This document shows positions 32,247 to 46,139 of a stretch of DNA of 64,000 bases, piece after piece. Source of the stretch: Anolis carolinensis (Eukaryota); contig NC_085841.1 in assembly GCF_035594765.1 (NCBI RefSeq), positions 233,399,326 to 233,463,325 on the forward strand, in the 5' to 3' direction. The notes below the pieces were generated by a model. It made no database searches, was not told the DNA's origin, and saw only the letters and a list, made by a program, of their open reading frames with translations. Each line of letters begins with the position of its first letter. Position 1 is the stretch's first letter. The translations under genes were made by a program, and so were the position numbers.

Positions 32247-33720
32247 TTTATACCCCGCCTTTCTCTACCCTGCAGGGGACTCAAGGCGGCTTACATAGAG
32301 GCAATTATTCAATGCCTTAAAACATACACAATTTTAAAATTAAAATAAAATTAGATTAAATGAAATTTTTAAAATTAAAATGAAATTAGATTAAATCAGA
32401 CATATTAAACATTTAAAAACATTACATTACATAAAATCACGCCATCCATAGTCGTAGTCCAAGCCTTTCATTACATATATTCCAAAGCTGTCATTGGACT
32501 ATTCACTTAAATCTGATCCCACAGCCAAGTTTTTACCTTTCTTCTAAAGGCTAGGAGGGAGTTCCATAGCCAAATGGCCACCACTGAGAAGGCCCTCTCT
32601 CTCATTCTCACCAGTTGCACCTGCAAAGGAGGCGGGACTGAGAGCAGCCCCCCCCCCCCCTCAACGATCTTAATCTCTGAGATGGTTCATAGGGAGAGAT
32701 ATGTTCGGAAAGCTGGGCCAGAACTGTTTAGGGCTTTATAGACTAAAGCCAGTACTGAGAATTGTGCTTGGTAGCAGACTGGCAGCCAGTGGAGCTGACG
32801 TTGCAAGGGGATTGTATGATCCCTGTAGGCCACTCTCGTGAGCAATCTGGCTGCTACCCTTTGGACCTTTTCGAGCTTCCGAACAGTTTTCAAAGGCAAC
32901 CCCATATGGAGTGTGTTGCAGTAATCTATTCAGGATGTAACTGGAGTGTGGACCACCATGGCCAAGACTGACTTCCCAAGGTATGGTTGCAACTGACACA
33001 CAAGTTTTAATTGTGCAAGTTTTAAAAGCTTCCCTGGCCACTGCCAAAACCTGGGATTCCAAGCTCAATGATGAGTCCATGAGAACTCCCAAGCTGCGAA
33101 CCTGCATTTTCAGAGGGAGTGTAACCCCATGCAACACAGGCTGTAACCCTATACCCTGTTCGGTCTTTCAACTGACCAGGAGGATCTCTGTCTTGTCTGA
33201 ATTCAATTTCAATTTGTACGCCCTCATCCAGACCATCACAGCTCACAAGCACCGGTTCAGGATCTGAACAGCCTCCTTAGCAGCAGGTGGAAAGGAGTGA
33301 TAGAGTTGGACGTCATCATGTAGATGTTAAACAATATGAGGGGGACAGTATGGAGCTCTGTGGGACCCCAGAAGACATTGGCTGTGGGGCCGAGCAGGTG
33401 TCCCTCCAGCAACACCTTCTGGGAGCAACCCTACAGGTAGGACTGGAGCCACTGCAAAACATACCTCCTAGAACCATTCCCGTGGGGCGTCCCAGAAGGA
33501 TACCATGGTCAATGGTATCGAAGGCTGATGAGAGGTCCAGCAGAACACACTCCTCCTGTCTAGTTCCTAGTGTAGATCATCCACTAAGGGGACCAAGGCT
33601 GTTTCAGTTCCATGTCCTGGCCTAAAGGCAGACTTCGCCAGATCTAGATAATCAGTGTCTCCCAAGAACCCCTAGAGTTGCGTATACCCACTCTTCAGTC
33701 ACAAACCCTCTCGGAGCATC
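32247..33720 (-). mobile_element. L2 LINE fragment, degraded RT
   Basis: LLDLSSAFDTIDHGILLGR; LPLKTVRKLEKVQRVAARLLT...LHWLPV...LVYKALN; multiple frameshifts. Confidence 0.85.
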
Positions 33721-35352
33721 TTACAAAATCTTAATTTTCCCTCAGGCTTTCAATCTACATTACATTAATAAGATATAACAAATAATAATAATACACCCTT
33801 AGGAAAAAAATGTTCTGATTTAAGGTAGATTTGAGTTCTGGCACTGCTGGTTGCAGAAGTTATTAAAAGAATTATTGAAAAACCCTGTATACATACAGGA
33901 TTATCCTAGCTGGATTCACTCTACGCCTGTAACGCTCTTTGCAATAATCCAATTGGCCATATGCACTTGTTACCATTGGTGACTGGATGCTTCTCCTGAG
34001 GCCAACAGGAAGCAGTTAGTGTCTGTTCAGAGTGACAGCTACCAGCTTGTGTTCCAGATCTCACTAGAAGGCTGCAACTTGGCCTCTGGGACTTTGGCAT
34101 CCATTATCCAATCCAAAGTCTGGGCAGACACCCAGCTACAAGGTGACAATTCAAAAGTGACTGCTGAAAATCTATACTGCCTGTCAACTGCAAGGGCATC
34201 ACTTCTTAACCTTGGAATCATTGTATCAATGCCCTGGAAACAGAGCCAAGATCTACCAATTAAAGCAGGATTCCAGCCAGTTTCAAGTTAGATAATGAGA
34301 CCCAGAGGAGAAGACAGAAAGGAAGATGTTATTACAGTGAAAATGGATAAATGAGCAATGACAGCCTCAAAAGAAAGTTCTAACAAATGAGGTTTTGATC
34401 AACGTATTGAGTATGGGACAATTTAAGGTAGTGATTTCCAGCCAGTATTCCCAAATGTGAGGTTATTGGATCCTTTTTGGTGACCTGGAAGACTATCTTT
34501 GGTAAAATACTTTAACAGAATTGTGGGGGAGAAAGAGATGGCCTCTTCCACCATCATCTACATGGCTTCTATCCCCTATCATTTTAATTCCTGCAGTCAC
34601 GGTGTACACTGGCATAGTTATATGGGGATATGGTTGTAGCTCCCACATCACATATCATAGGTATATACATTCAGAAGCATATATAGGTTCATGTTCCCCA
34701 TTCCCAGATTATTAATGGGTTACTGGAAGTATTTAGGACAAGGGGAATCAGATCCTGAGATTCAAGACCTGGTTTCACTCCCCCTGGAACTTTGGGATGG
34801 GGTGGGGGGAATTCAGCTGGAGAAAATGGCAAATAGCGCTCTGGAAATATTATGGATGACATTGCTATTTAAAGGCTAATATATACTGTTAAAATACAAA
34901 TCTTCTATATTGTTAATATATGCACATAAAATAACATTTTAAAAAATTAAACCACTGTGAAAATTAATGCCATGAGTGTAGTGAGTGACTTCTAATAAGT
35001 AGAAATCTGTCAAGTAAAGTTCACCCAGTACTTTGTAAAAGTTGCTTCTTGAAACTATGGACTTTATCACATCACATGATGCCATGTGCATCTTGCTGAC
35101 GATTTGCCTCCCCATGTGATTCTTTCATTACTAGTAATGAGTAAAACCCACCAAAAACTCCTCATGCCACTTGCTTCCCATCACCTAGCTTAGTGCAATG
35201 GGTCCTTTCCACTTTTGTCCCAGCATGCTAGCAATAATGTGATGTCAGGGTGTGGGATTCTCCTCCTCTCCCCTACCCAAGCCGGCTGTTTTCCTTTGCT
35301 TTTATACTAGCTTAGGTATCAAGTGATGCCTGGATTAGGTCTTTTGTAATTA

Positions 35353-35675
35353 CAGTAGAGTCTCACTTATCCAAGCCTCGCTTATCCAAGCCTCTGGATA
35401 ATCCAAGCCATTTTTGTAGTCAATGTTTTCAATATATCGTGATATTTTGGTGCTAAATTCGTAAATACATTAATTACAACATCCCATTACTGCGTATTGA
35501 ACTGCTTTTTCTGTCAAATTTGTTGTATAACATAATGCTTTGGTGCTTAATTTGTAAAATCATAACCTAATTTGATGTTTAATAGGCTTTTCCTTAATCC
35601 CTCCTTATTATCCAAGATATTCGCTTATCCAAGCTTCTGCCAGCTCGTTTAGCTTGGATAAGTGAGACTCTACTG
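35353..35675. mobile_element. Tc1/mariner-superfamily MITE, complete
   Basis: Perfect TIR cagtagagtctcacttatccaagc; TA TSD both sides. Confidence 0.92.
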
Positions 35676-35759
35676 TATATAAAAATGTAGTCATAGTTGG
35701 TTTTTGGATTTTAAGAAGAGACCCATTCGAAAATGCATACGAATGTGGGTAAATTACAA

Positions 35760-36340
35760 CTGTCATCATCATCTGTCATTGTTCCAACCCTACCAGTATT
35801 CAAAGTTGGCCATGGTGAATCTGTGTACCAAGTTTAGTCCAGATCCATTGTTAGTTGGGTACACAGTGCTCTGTGTTTGCGTGTGAACTATAACTCCCAA
35901 CAGTATTCAAAGTTCGGCATATTGGGGATGCATACCAGGCTTGGTCCAGATCCATCATTGTTTGGGTTCACAATGATCTCTGGATATCAATGAACTACAA
36001 CTCCCAAAAGTCAAGGTAAATTTTCCCCAAACCCCACCAGTAATCAAAGTTGCTGTGTTGGGTATGTGTGCCATCTTTGCTCCTGATCCATCATTGTTTA
36101 GGTTCACAGTGCTCTCTAGATGTGAGTGACCTACAACTCCCAAAACCCAAGGCCAATCCCTCTAAATCCCACCAGTAATTAAAGTTGGGTATTCATGCCA
36201 AGGTTTGTCAAGAACCATCATTGTTTGGGTTCACAGTGCTCTCTGGATTTAGGTGAACTACAACTCCCACAATTCAAAGTCAATTTCCCCCAAACCTTAT
36301 CAACATTCAAAGTTGCGCATGTCGGGTATGCATGCATGCC
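35760..36340. repeat. Degenerate ~105-135-bp tandem repeat (about 5 units)
   Basis: Recurrent tgaactacaactccca...caaagttg...ccagatccatcattgtttgggttcacagtgctct; the same unit occurs inverted inside 19519-20292. Confidence 0.8.
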
Positions 36341-37604
36341 AAGACAGGGTTACAAGAATGTGTAAAAATATGATAGCAGGATCATGGATTGGTAAATGAG
36401 CAGGATTGCATTACTGAAGGGAGGTACAATATTGAAGGTGCTCAACTGTATGTGATACCTATGCCAACAAAATTGTAGGAAAATAACAAATTGGTGTGAT
36501 AAAGTGCCCTAATTTTCAGAACTCTCCTCAATTCTTGAAGCTATATCCCCCCCCCCTTCCCAAAAGCTCTTTTGAAAGGTCAGTGTCTATTTAGGTGAAT
36601 GTTGTTTACATTGACCAGGAATAATTTCCCTATCAGAAAGGTTTTTCTCTCAAGAAGTGGAGATATCAAGGATTTCCTGCAGACTTAAGCATTCAGACAA
36701 TGCCCATCTCCAGTTCCCCCATTGCTATTGTAAATGATAGATAATTGGAAAGTAAAAAATCTCATCACATGAAGTTCCCTGATCACGGCGATAGTGGGGA
36801 AATCCGGCATGGGGAACCCATTGCCCCCCCATGGCTCGCAGTGCACAGATTGCCCCTTACCTTATCTCACAGGTTGAAGCATAGCCACCCAGCTTCCCCC
36901 CCCCCCCCCCCACACACACACACCATTGTTTTCAATGCAACATGGGAAGCCTCCCATATTGCTGCCACTGCCTCCTGAGATGATTTCACTTCTCTTCAGG
37001 CATGGAGCCTCACTGGAAGTAGATCAACGTCATGTGGTGGGATCCAGCAGTCTCAGTGCAATCATCGTAGGATAGGCAATTTTGCCTGTCTTGTGTGGTC
37101 ATAAGATTTGCTGATATTTAGAGTTATATGGGCCATTGAGAAGGTAGGCAGATCAGATATCAAACTGAATATTTTTTTTGCTTTTCACCAACAATACCAT
37201 AGCTACAAAGACAATGTATGTTATAATCCAGCAACTGAGGAAAAGAGACAAACAAACAAGGGGCAGACATAGAGCTTAGAATCAGACTTTAATAAAAACT
37301 GTAGCCCTGGTGGCGTGAAACACTGCTTTTCTGCAAAATGAGGATAACATTCTGCAGCATATGACAAATAATGAACGAACCTTTAAAGGTTCTTTTATGT
37401 GTGATGCCATGGGAGATTTCACTGCCTAGAAAACAAGGAAAACTTTATGAATCTGCTAATATAGAAAAAGAGGAATAAGGGGATTCAAACTTATATTTAT
37501 TGATCATATTCACTCAGTCTAACTCTCTAAAGTAAAATTTCCAACTCATCTTGTTTCTGTACCAGGAATGATTAAAGAAAAAGCTCATATTGTTTGGGTG
37601 AGAT

Positions 37605-37741
37605 GTGCTTGCTCCTTCTCTGAAGCTATTTAAACAGAGATTAGATTGCTACCTCTCAGGAGTGTTTTAGCAGTCATATCCTGCATGGGAGGGAGTTGCC
37701 CTTAGGGTCCCTTCCGACTCTATGACTGCACAATTCTATGA
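37605..37741 (+). mobile_element. CR1 3' end fragment
   Basis: tttaaacagagattagattgctacctctcagg...gggtcccttccgactctatga...attctatga. Confidence 0.65.
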
Positions 37742-38206
37742 CATACCACATTTTCATAAAATTCATTTGATGTTAAAATGCTCTCAAAACTAAGAAGGAT
37801 GTTTGATAGCTGGCCATGAAGTAATGAGATCACACACAGAAAAATTGATAAAATAACAGCCACTTTATTTGACCTAAGCTATTCAAGATGTGTTGGCTTA
37901 GAATTGCAGTAAGAGCCATCAGGAGAGCAAAGTAATGTGGCTCCAGCTGAGGCCAGCTGTCAACTTCTTGACAACTTCCTCACCCTTGCCTTGGGTGAAA
38001 CACTTCAGCCACAAGGACAATCCAAATACTTGGGTTGTTCCCCCAACTGATCATAATTGGAAAGTAACTCAAGGCTGTCCTATTCATGCTGTAGTACACT
38101 ACAAAAGAGAGCCCAGTTCCCTAGTTAACATAAAGGATAGTCTCCTTCCCCAACCCCCTGGAATTCAGAACCCCACAAGGAGGTGTTTCAGAGCCTTACC
38201 CTACAC

Positions 38207-38340
38207 CAGTGGTTCTCAGCCTTTGGGTCCCCAATGTTTTGGCCTTCAACTCCCAGAAATCCCAACAGCTAGTAAACTGGCTGGGATTTCTGGGAGTTAT
38301 AGGCCAAAACACCTGGGGACCCACAGGTTGAAAACTACTG
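38207..38340. mobile_element. hAT MITE (same family as 5873)
   Basis: TIRs; TSD ccctacac/tcttacac. Confidence 0.88.
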
Positions 38341-38667
38341 TCTTACACCAAAAGGGTGCCAAATATGATCTCTATGACTGATATTCTCCCCCTGTTAAAT
38401 GCCAGGTGAAAGCCTATTTAATGACACCATACAAAGCCAATTACCCAAGTCCAGAAAAGAATTAGGGTAGATTTTTTTAAAAGATAAAAAAGGGAAAATC
38501 CTGCCCAGTCCTGAAGCAACCAGATGCATCTCACACAGCACTGAGAATGGGTGGGTCATGTTGTGAAGATCCAAAGAAGCATGTGAGGGGACCTTAAGGT
38601 CAAGATGAGGCCTTAAGTAGTTTCTGACATCATATGCAACATTATCACCCCTTGTGCCAAACACAAA

Positions 38668-38899
38668 GGCCCCATCTACACTGCCACATAATGAGTAACA
38701 GAGGATTTTTCTTAAGGGGGGAAAGACTGGAGGCAGAGAGACATCTGCATTTGGAATGGGTTGGGATGTCTGCCTCCCCCTCCCCCCCACACACACTAAT
38801 GAAGTGGGGGTTTACCCCCAAGTGTGGCTGCAAAATGCAGCACAAACTGGAATGTTTAATGCCAGTTCATTCCCCATTTTGGGCTGTGTGGAAGCACCC
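38668..38899. mobile_element. Harbinger-type MITE, degenerate
   Basis: Ends ggccccatctacactgcc / ggctgtgtggaagcaccc. Confidence 0.45.
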
Positions 38900-38904
38900 A
38901 AAAT

Positions 38905-39135
38905 ATTTATTTATTATTTATTTACAGTATTTAAATTCCGCCCTTCTCACCCTGAAGGGGACTCAGGGCGGATCACATTACACATATAAGGCAAACATTC
39001 AATGCCTTAACATAGAACAAAGACAGAGACAAACGCAGGCTCCGAGCTGGCCTCGAACTCATGACCTCTTGGTCAGAGTGATTTGTTGCAGCTGGCTGCA
39101 GCTGGCTGCTCACCAGCCTGCGTCACAGCCCGGGC
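38905..39135 (-). mobile_element. tRNA-headed SINE with L2-type tail, short form
   Basis: Head gcccgggctgtgacgcaggctgg, B-box gagttcgaggcc, L2 stem-loop and (TAAA)n; long form at 52841-53322. Confidence 0.8.
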
Positions 39136-40599
39136 TTGCTTTCTATCATGGAAGGTATCAAAGTCCTACCCTTCCATACAGTGTTGTTCACCACATGAGT
39201 CAAGGTAGTATTTCTGTAATATTTTAAAAGTAATATGTTGTACACACAGTTATATAGATAGTGAAGAGTGTGATACTTTCTCAATGTAACTTCAGATAAA
39301 GAAGCCAGCATAATAAGTAAGTAGAGAGTTGTAAATGGAAACCTTACCTATATAGATGGTTAACTTATCTCATTGATTCCAGTGTTTCTGTTCGAATTCT
39401 GACAAAATCTAGATTCAATCCAGTCAGCTTTTCTTCCAAGCAGAAAGAGTTCAATTGTGCTATACAATTCACAGGTATAAATGAACTGAAAATCATATGT
39501 GTTGAAATTTATACCAGACAACATACAAAGAACTATCCACATCTTTACATTGTTAGGAAAACACATTGCAATATTTAAAAATAAATAAAATTTAGAAGTT
39601 ATATGAGATGGAATCAATATTGTGTTGCATTTCAGTGAGTCTGTGAAGCATTTACCATAAGCATCAAATTATAACTCAACTGAAAGCTTCATTTAAATAC
39701 AAAATTATTTTGAGCTATGGAAGCTTATCTGTCAGAAGCTTAAGGTTCATTTCATGACCTCCAAATCATAATTATATATCAAAGCCAATAATGCAAGATA
39801 AAAATCCTCAAGAAAATGTCATAAATGCTATGCTGCTTAAAAACTTTCCCCTGCATTCAAAGTGTGTCTGAAAGACTCAAAAAGATTTGTGGTAGAGGGG
39901 GAGGTGATACCAAAATAGGTAAGTTACTTAGGGCAACATTATTCATTTAATTATTTTACTAGCACAGGTGTTTTAAAATACAGCTCAATTAAGGGGAAAC
40001 GATATAATTTAGCCTTGCATGTTATGAACTCAGTGGCAGAAGCTGTTAGCTTGGCTGAAACCTTATTGTCAGAGCCTGTGATTTTGGCAGGAAAATGAAT
40101 GACAAAAATTGGTGTCACCTGAACAATTGCCAGATTTCTTATAAAGCCAAAATAGACTAACCTGCATTGGAGGCAACTGGACTGGCTTTTGTCTGAGTTT
40201 CTGGCCACTAAAATTATCCTAATTGGAAGGCCTGACTTTTCTGGCTCAAACAAAAGAATGTGAAAAGCTGATTGCGTCCTTTTCTCTCCTCTCCTCTCCC
40301 CTTCCCATCACATCCCTTTGTCTGCATATTGTAAAAATAGCACAGATTTAAACAAAGGTTCAAAATGTCACTGTAACTAACCAAACTTTTCACAATAAAC
40401 TTTTCACCAATGCAGATTGACCAATGTAAAGATTTTGTGTGAGGGATCTTTCTCTAGGTTCAGTAAACAGGCTGGGTGAACACCGGCAGTTACCCTCCCT
40501 GGCCAGTGATCAGAATATATGATTTATCTTAAACCATGTTTAACTTTCCACATAGGTATTTATTTCACTGGTTTCCTCAAAATGGATACATCAGAAGCA

Positions 40600-40920
40600 G
40601 CCATAATTACATTTCTTTCTGTTGTTGAGTGCCATCAGGTTAACAAGAACTTATGGTAACCCTGTGAATGCATGATCTCCAAGTCTCTTGGTTATCAACA
40701 ATTCCGCTTTGCTATTGCAAACTGAAAATTGTAGCTTCCTTAAGCTTCTGACAAATAAGCTTCCATCCACTTTTAATGTGCTCTTTCTCTTTTCCTACTG
40801 CCTTCTACCTCGGCAAGCATCATTTTTTTCCCTATGGGGTCATGTCTTCCTATGATATGTCCAAAGTATGACAGTCTCAAATAAGTAATCTTGCCTTCTA
40901 AACAGGTTCAGGATTGTTTT
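40600..40920 (-). mobile_element. RTE-clade LINE 3' fragment, old
   Basis: cttttcctactgccttctacc motif shared with 23550-23575. Confidence 0.65.
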
Positions 40921-40929
40921 GCTCTAGTA

Positions 40930-41010
40930 CAGTTGTTCTCCACCTGTGGGTCCCCAGATGTTTTGACCTTCAACTCCCAGGAATCCTAACAGCTGGTAAA
41001 CTGGCTGGGA
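40930..41010. mobile_element. hAT MITE, left part only
   Basis: cagttgttctccacctgtgggtccccagatg...ctggctggga. Confidence 0.75.
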
Positions 41011-42045
41011 TGGTGTCATTACAGTTAAAATTGATTCGTGCCATTGTAATTTTATAGTGTGAAAGAACCATGATACTCTGAGGCACCAAGAAAGTGGACA
41101 TGCCATGTTCTGATTTTTAAATTAAAAAAAAAAAACTCCCAAGCCCAAAATAAAAAGTTGATATTGGTGCCAATGACAGGTTAGTATACATTCTTCCAAT
41201 ACTGTAGATTTGTATGAAATTGAGAGACATTTCCATCATAGCTTGTAGGAGGGACACCCTCATCTTTAGGCCATGGGAGGGAAGGTGTATACTTGTTTAT
41301 GGACACATCTACATGGATCAAGTTAATCTGGCACATGTGCTTACTGACCTATGTACCTACTGGAACTGGAGTCATGTGTCCAGATGGTCCAACCCATCCT
41401 CTTGCTGATCTTATTTGTGTGTTGCCACCACTCTTCCCTGGCTATGGAGTTCACTACAAATGCCTGGCCATCACCTTTTGCATGTACTGAAGTCCGAATT
41501 GGGCCCCCGTGCAATCATCAAAGAGGGCCTAGAGCAACACCCCTGCCCCCTTTGCACTAATTGCTTGGATTACTCAGATGTTCCCCAGGAGACACGATCA
41601 CAGTGGCCATGTGCTTGTCTGGAACATTATGACCCACAAGGAGTGGCAGTAGCAATGTCTAGATGGCCCATCCCCTTCCCTGTGCCAATCAGTAAAGGAA
41701 AAGGGCGATGGCAGCAGTGTGTATGTGTACAAGAGATCAGGATTAAATAGACATGATCCTGCTGTCTTGATGACCTCAAAACCTGCAGATACTCTGGAGT
41801 TGCCTACAAACTTCAGAGTACCCTCTAACTTTGGATTAAGAGCAAGAAGCTGCAGCTACATACCTGAAGTCACTGTACATTGTGAAGACTTTCTCATCAC
41901 TGGATTCAGGGTGAATAAGGTTTTTTTCACTAGTGAAGACAAGCCTTATGTAGCAGCAGTAATTCTGAAATGTGAAACAGATAACAGATTGAAGCAGAGA
42001 AGGAAAAATAACATATCAAATATACTTTGGATTATACAGCAATTC

Positions 42046-42332
42046 GGGGCCCTTGGTGGCACAGTGTTCTAAAGCGCTGAGCTGCTGAACTTACAGACCA
42101 AAAGGTCCCAGGTTCAAATCCCGGGAGCGGAATGAGTGCCCGCTGTTAGCCCCAGCTCCTGCCAACCTAGCAGTTCGAAAACATGCAAATGTGAGTAGAT
42201 CAATAGGTACTGCTCCGGCGGGAAGGTAACGGCGCTCCATGCAGTCATGCCAGCTTAGAAATGGAGATGAGCACCAACCCCCAGAGTCAGTCATGACTGG
42301 ACTTAACGTCAGGGGAAAACTTTACCTTTACC
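42046..42332 (+). mobile_element. Sauria SINE with internal ~40-bp deletion
   Basis: TSD ttatacagcaattc/ttatagagcaattc; (ACCTTT)n tail. Confidence 0.92.
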
Positions 42333-43124
42333 TTATAGAGCAATTCTCAAGATTTGATGAATGGTAGCTTGTAAGTATATATGTTGATTGCCTTACCTCA
42401 TGCTCTGCTTGTCCACTTTGTAAATAAAGCGGACTTTAAATAAATGCCATCCAGCTTCTTGTGATCTCTTCTCCAAAGAAAGTTAAATGTGTGTAGCACT
42501 TCTCTTGCAACATTTCTCCACTAAGGGAATTGGGAAGCACACAGCAATAGATTAGGGTGCAGGTTTATCTTACCGTTTTCACAGTAGTATATTGTCTCGG
42601 TATGAAGATGTGTTGCAGTATCTCTCACACCTTCCATGATGAATGGATCTATTTCACACCGGCCTCTGAGAAGCATAAGTAAAACTAAATCTCATTAACT
42701 GCCTACTGAGAGAGTCAAAGGTACAAAGCAAGCAGGGCGACTGCTAAAATGAAAGGCAGTATAACAATCCATGTAACTTTACATGACTGACTGGAGAACT
42801 GCATGCTCATTTTTTCTCCTTAGCATCTAGCTAAAATAATAATGCAATAGACTTCATTTTTGGAGGGAACAATTTTGTATGTCCTTACCCCATTCTTATT
42901 TTCATTTTGAGAAATGACTGTACTTTACCAAAATGAACTGAAGAGGATCCAACACAGAAGCATTACTGGAAATAAACTGCATCTCATCAAGGGGACTCCA
43001 ACAAAAAAAGGAATCACCCAATCTTATTATTGGCAATTTGACCATTTTGCCTTTAGATTTTCACTGAACTATATTAATGCTGACAAACATATACATGTGT
43101 GTGAGAATGAGTGAGTGAGTGAGT

Positions 43125-43523
43125 GAGCCCATCCCCATCATAATTACAATTATGCTCCTCAACCTTTTGTACTGGTCGCTTTTTTCCTGATTACTTGATA
43201 TTAATTCAGGGCTCCTCCCTACTTAATGTGACCTTAAATGAATCTATTGCACTTTATCTATTTACGAATTTGTTATTCATAATGTGCACCTTGCTTATTC
43301 ACTATTACAACCTCATTGTTTTTAACTCGATGTTTTAATACAGCGTTGTGTGTGTTTGTGTGTCTGTGTGTTTTTCTTTTCCTTCCGGTTATTGTGTATA
43401 TTTTGTTATTGGTTTTGTTATTGTTCTTAGATGTTTCATATGTTATCATTGCTTTGTATTTGATTTTGCTGTAAGATGCCCCGGGTCCCCTTCAGGGGAG
43501 ATGGAGGCGGGATATAAATAAAC

Positions 43524-43574
<51 letters not shown>
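43125..43574 (+). mobile_element. L2-type 3' UTR with (TTA)n tail
   Basis: Terminal stem-loop gccccgggtccccttcaggggagatggaggcgggatataaataaa then (TTA)n. Confidence 0.7.
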
Positions 43575-43576
<2 letters not shown>

Positions 43577-44284
43577 GTGGTGGTGATTACCTATTTCAGT
43601 ATGGACAAAATCCTACTGGTTTCTCAAAAAGCAAACCCTGGAATCAGGGGCACTTTTACACCATATAGTTATATCTCCATGATTCCACTTTAATTGTTAT
43701 GATAACATCCTATAGAAAGTTAGGATTTGAAGTTAGAGAGGGGTATTTGAAATTCTCAACCAAAGAGTTATTGTGTCTCATCAAACTAGAATATACTGCT
43801 ATAAATGCATAGTGTCAAAAGTTCCCTGCTCTTGAGTAAAATCTCCCCTGTATATTCTAGGAACACAAATGAAGGCAATAGACTTCCATTTTCACACATC
43901 CTAGGATAAAGACAGACAAGCAAAAAGATTTTGCATCAGTACTGTCATTGCAATGATGTACTGGAATCATGCTGTAAAAGTTTATGCCAGTGTAGGCAGC
44001 GATTTTTATGATTCAATTAACATAATATAACAACAGCAACAACAACAAAAACAACAACAACTTTATTTATAATTCGCCCTATCTCCCCAAAAGGACTTAG
44101 GGTGGTTTCCAATAAAGAAAGGCAAACATTCAATGTCATATAACAACACAAAATGTAACAAACAGCCCCATGAATAAAACATCTATAACAAATCTTAACT
44201 AGTCACAAACTTTAAATAATTAAATATATAGCTATGCATAGCACAGGGAAAGGTTAACACCCTTGTGGAGTTGCCTTTGCTGTC

Positions 44285-44522
44285 TGTGCCCCTGTTCAGA
44301 AAATTTCCCCTCACTTTCTGTCCTTGTGATAAATGGATTTTGAAAAAACTGTCTTGGTGTGGAAACAAGGATTGGTGAGAAAGCGTCAGTGGAGACACCT
44401 TTTCCCCATTATAGCTCTTTCAGGAGTAAATTTCCCTTTCAAGGGGTAGATTTCTCTTACTTCCTGTTATCTTACCTCTATTTGTAACTATGAGTTGTTT
44501 GTAAGTCCAGGGACTGCCTGCA
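44285..44522. mobile_element. Tigger/pogo-like element, one end only
   Basis: Terminal gtaagtccagggactgcctg resembles CAGGCAGTCCCCGACTTAC-type TIRs. Confidence 0.45.
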
Positions 44523-45653
44523 TACAGTTTGGAATCTCTGTGGAGATGGTTTGTTATTTTACAGTTTTAAAAACGTCTTCTGTCACTGAAGCAACAAACC
44601 TTTTAATAAAGAGGGTCTAATTGTAATATATACAAATTACTACATATTGTAAAATTAATGCACTTTGTAAACATTGTATATTAACATGAGAATTTGTGTT
44701 TTCTTTATTTTTTTATTGTTGCATAGGCATTGAATTTTGCCATAATTTGTTTGGAAACCACTTTGAGTCACCCACCCAGGGTGAGAAAAGTGGTAAACAA
44801 GTGAAGTAAATAATAATTAATAATAATAATGGGCACAGTGGCCATAAAGGAAGTGACACACTAGAAAGGCAGGCTGTGAAGTGCTGGTGGGTATGCTTTC
44901 TTTTGCTATGGGATCCTAAAATGCAAGCATGATATACTAACAGGATTCTTGCTGGAAAATGTTCTAATCATTGGTCCTGCCCATGTGTGCTTATTTCCAA
45001 TAAAGGAAGTCAAAGGTAATTGACCTAGAACAAGAAACAATAGATATAACAAGGCAATCCCTGGTTAGTGGTGGCTCAGGTTAGGCATGACTGAAACAAT
45101 ATCAGATGCTGCATAAATCAGTAATTGAAGTGGGGGTTTAAGAAGATGAAAGAATCCAGAAAAATTGAAAACATAAATGTTACTGAAGAATAATTATTTC
45201 CTGAACATCTGTATGCATAGAGACAGTGCCATCCATTGCGGTTGCACTGGCAGCAGGACAGGGTCTATTATGCTCACAGAAAGGGGAGAAAAAAACTAGG
45301 GGTATGCTCATCCATGAGAAACATAAATGTCAAACCAGACTATCTGTATGTTTTCCATTCCATAAGCAACTGTATGTGACTAAGCAGTGCTGAAGCTGAT
45401 TAGCTGCTAAGAGTCCTGGACTAGGTTCTGTAGGAGAGCCAGAAATGAAGGAAACCAAGAATGGAAACAGATTCAAGTATCAGAAATAACAGGTAGTTGT
45501 GATGCTGTTGCCATGACTCATAGCTGAAGACTGTTCTTATAGAGGAATTTTTTGTCACTGTTCTCGGTCTTACTCTTGCTGTTGTTTTTAGGACTATATT
45601 AAAAGAGGCAAGCAAAGTGGCATTGCAGCCGATTCCTATCACACAATGCTGCG

Positions 45654-46096
45654 CAGGAAGGCCCATCCAGGCCCAAAGGAGAAGGCCCATCCAGGCTGGC
45701 TGGGCCTTTCCACCATAGCCCACGCACTCTGGCCCTGCCTCCCATACAGCGCAAGAGGCGGGGCCAGGGTGTGCGGTGGGGGAGGTGGGGCCATGTTTGG
45801 CCCAGGAGGCATGGCCACCCGACACAGGAGGCGGGGCCAGGGCGCGCAGCACGGGAGGCGTCCATAGGTATTTTGCCTTAGTAGGCAAAATGAATTTTGG
45901 TGTCCCCTTGTGCTGCGGGAGGCGTGGCCGCGCATACGGGAGGCGGGGCTAGGTGTGGCCATGCCTCCTGCATTGCGCGGCCACGCCTCCTACATCGCAA
46001 GGCCACACCTTCCGTGTCACACAGCCACGCCTCCCACGGCACGGGGGAGTGCCAAAATTCATTTTGCCTAAGGCAAAATACCTATGGACGCCTCTG
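45654..46096. mobile_element. GC/CpG-rich hAT-like element with internal inverted terminus
   Basis: 8-bp TSD atgctgcg/atgctgca; CAG...CTG ends; ~45-bp inverted repeat 45856-45900 vs 46052-46093. Confidence 0.7.
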
Positions 46097-46139
46097 ATGC
46101 TGCATCTTCCTCCTTCTCGTGAATCTCCTATCCCTAAGT

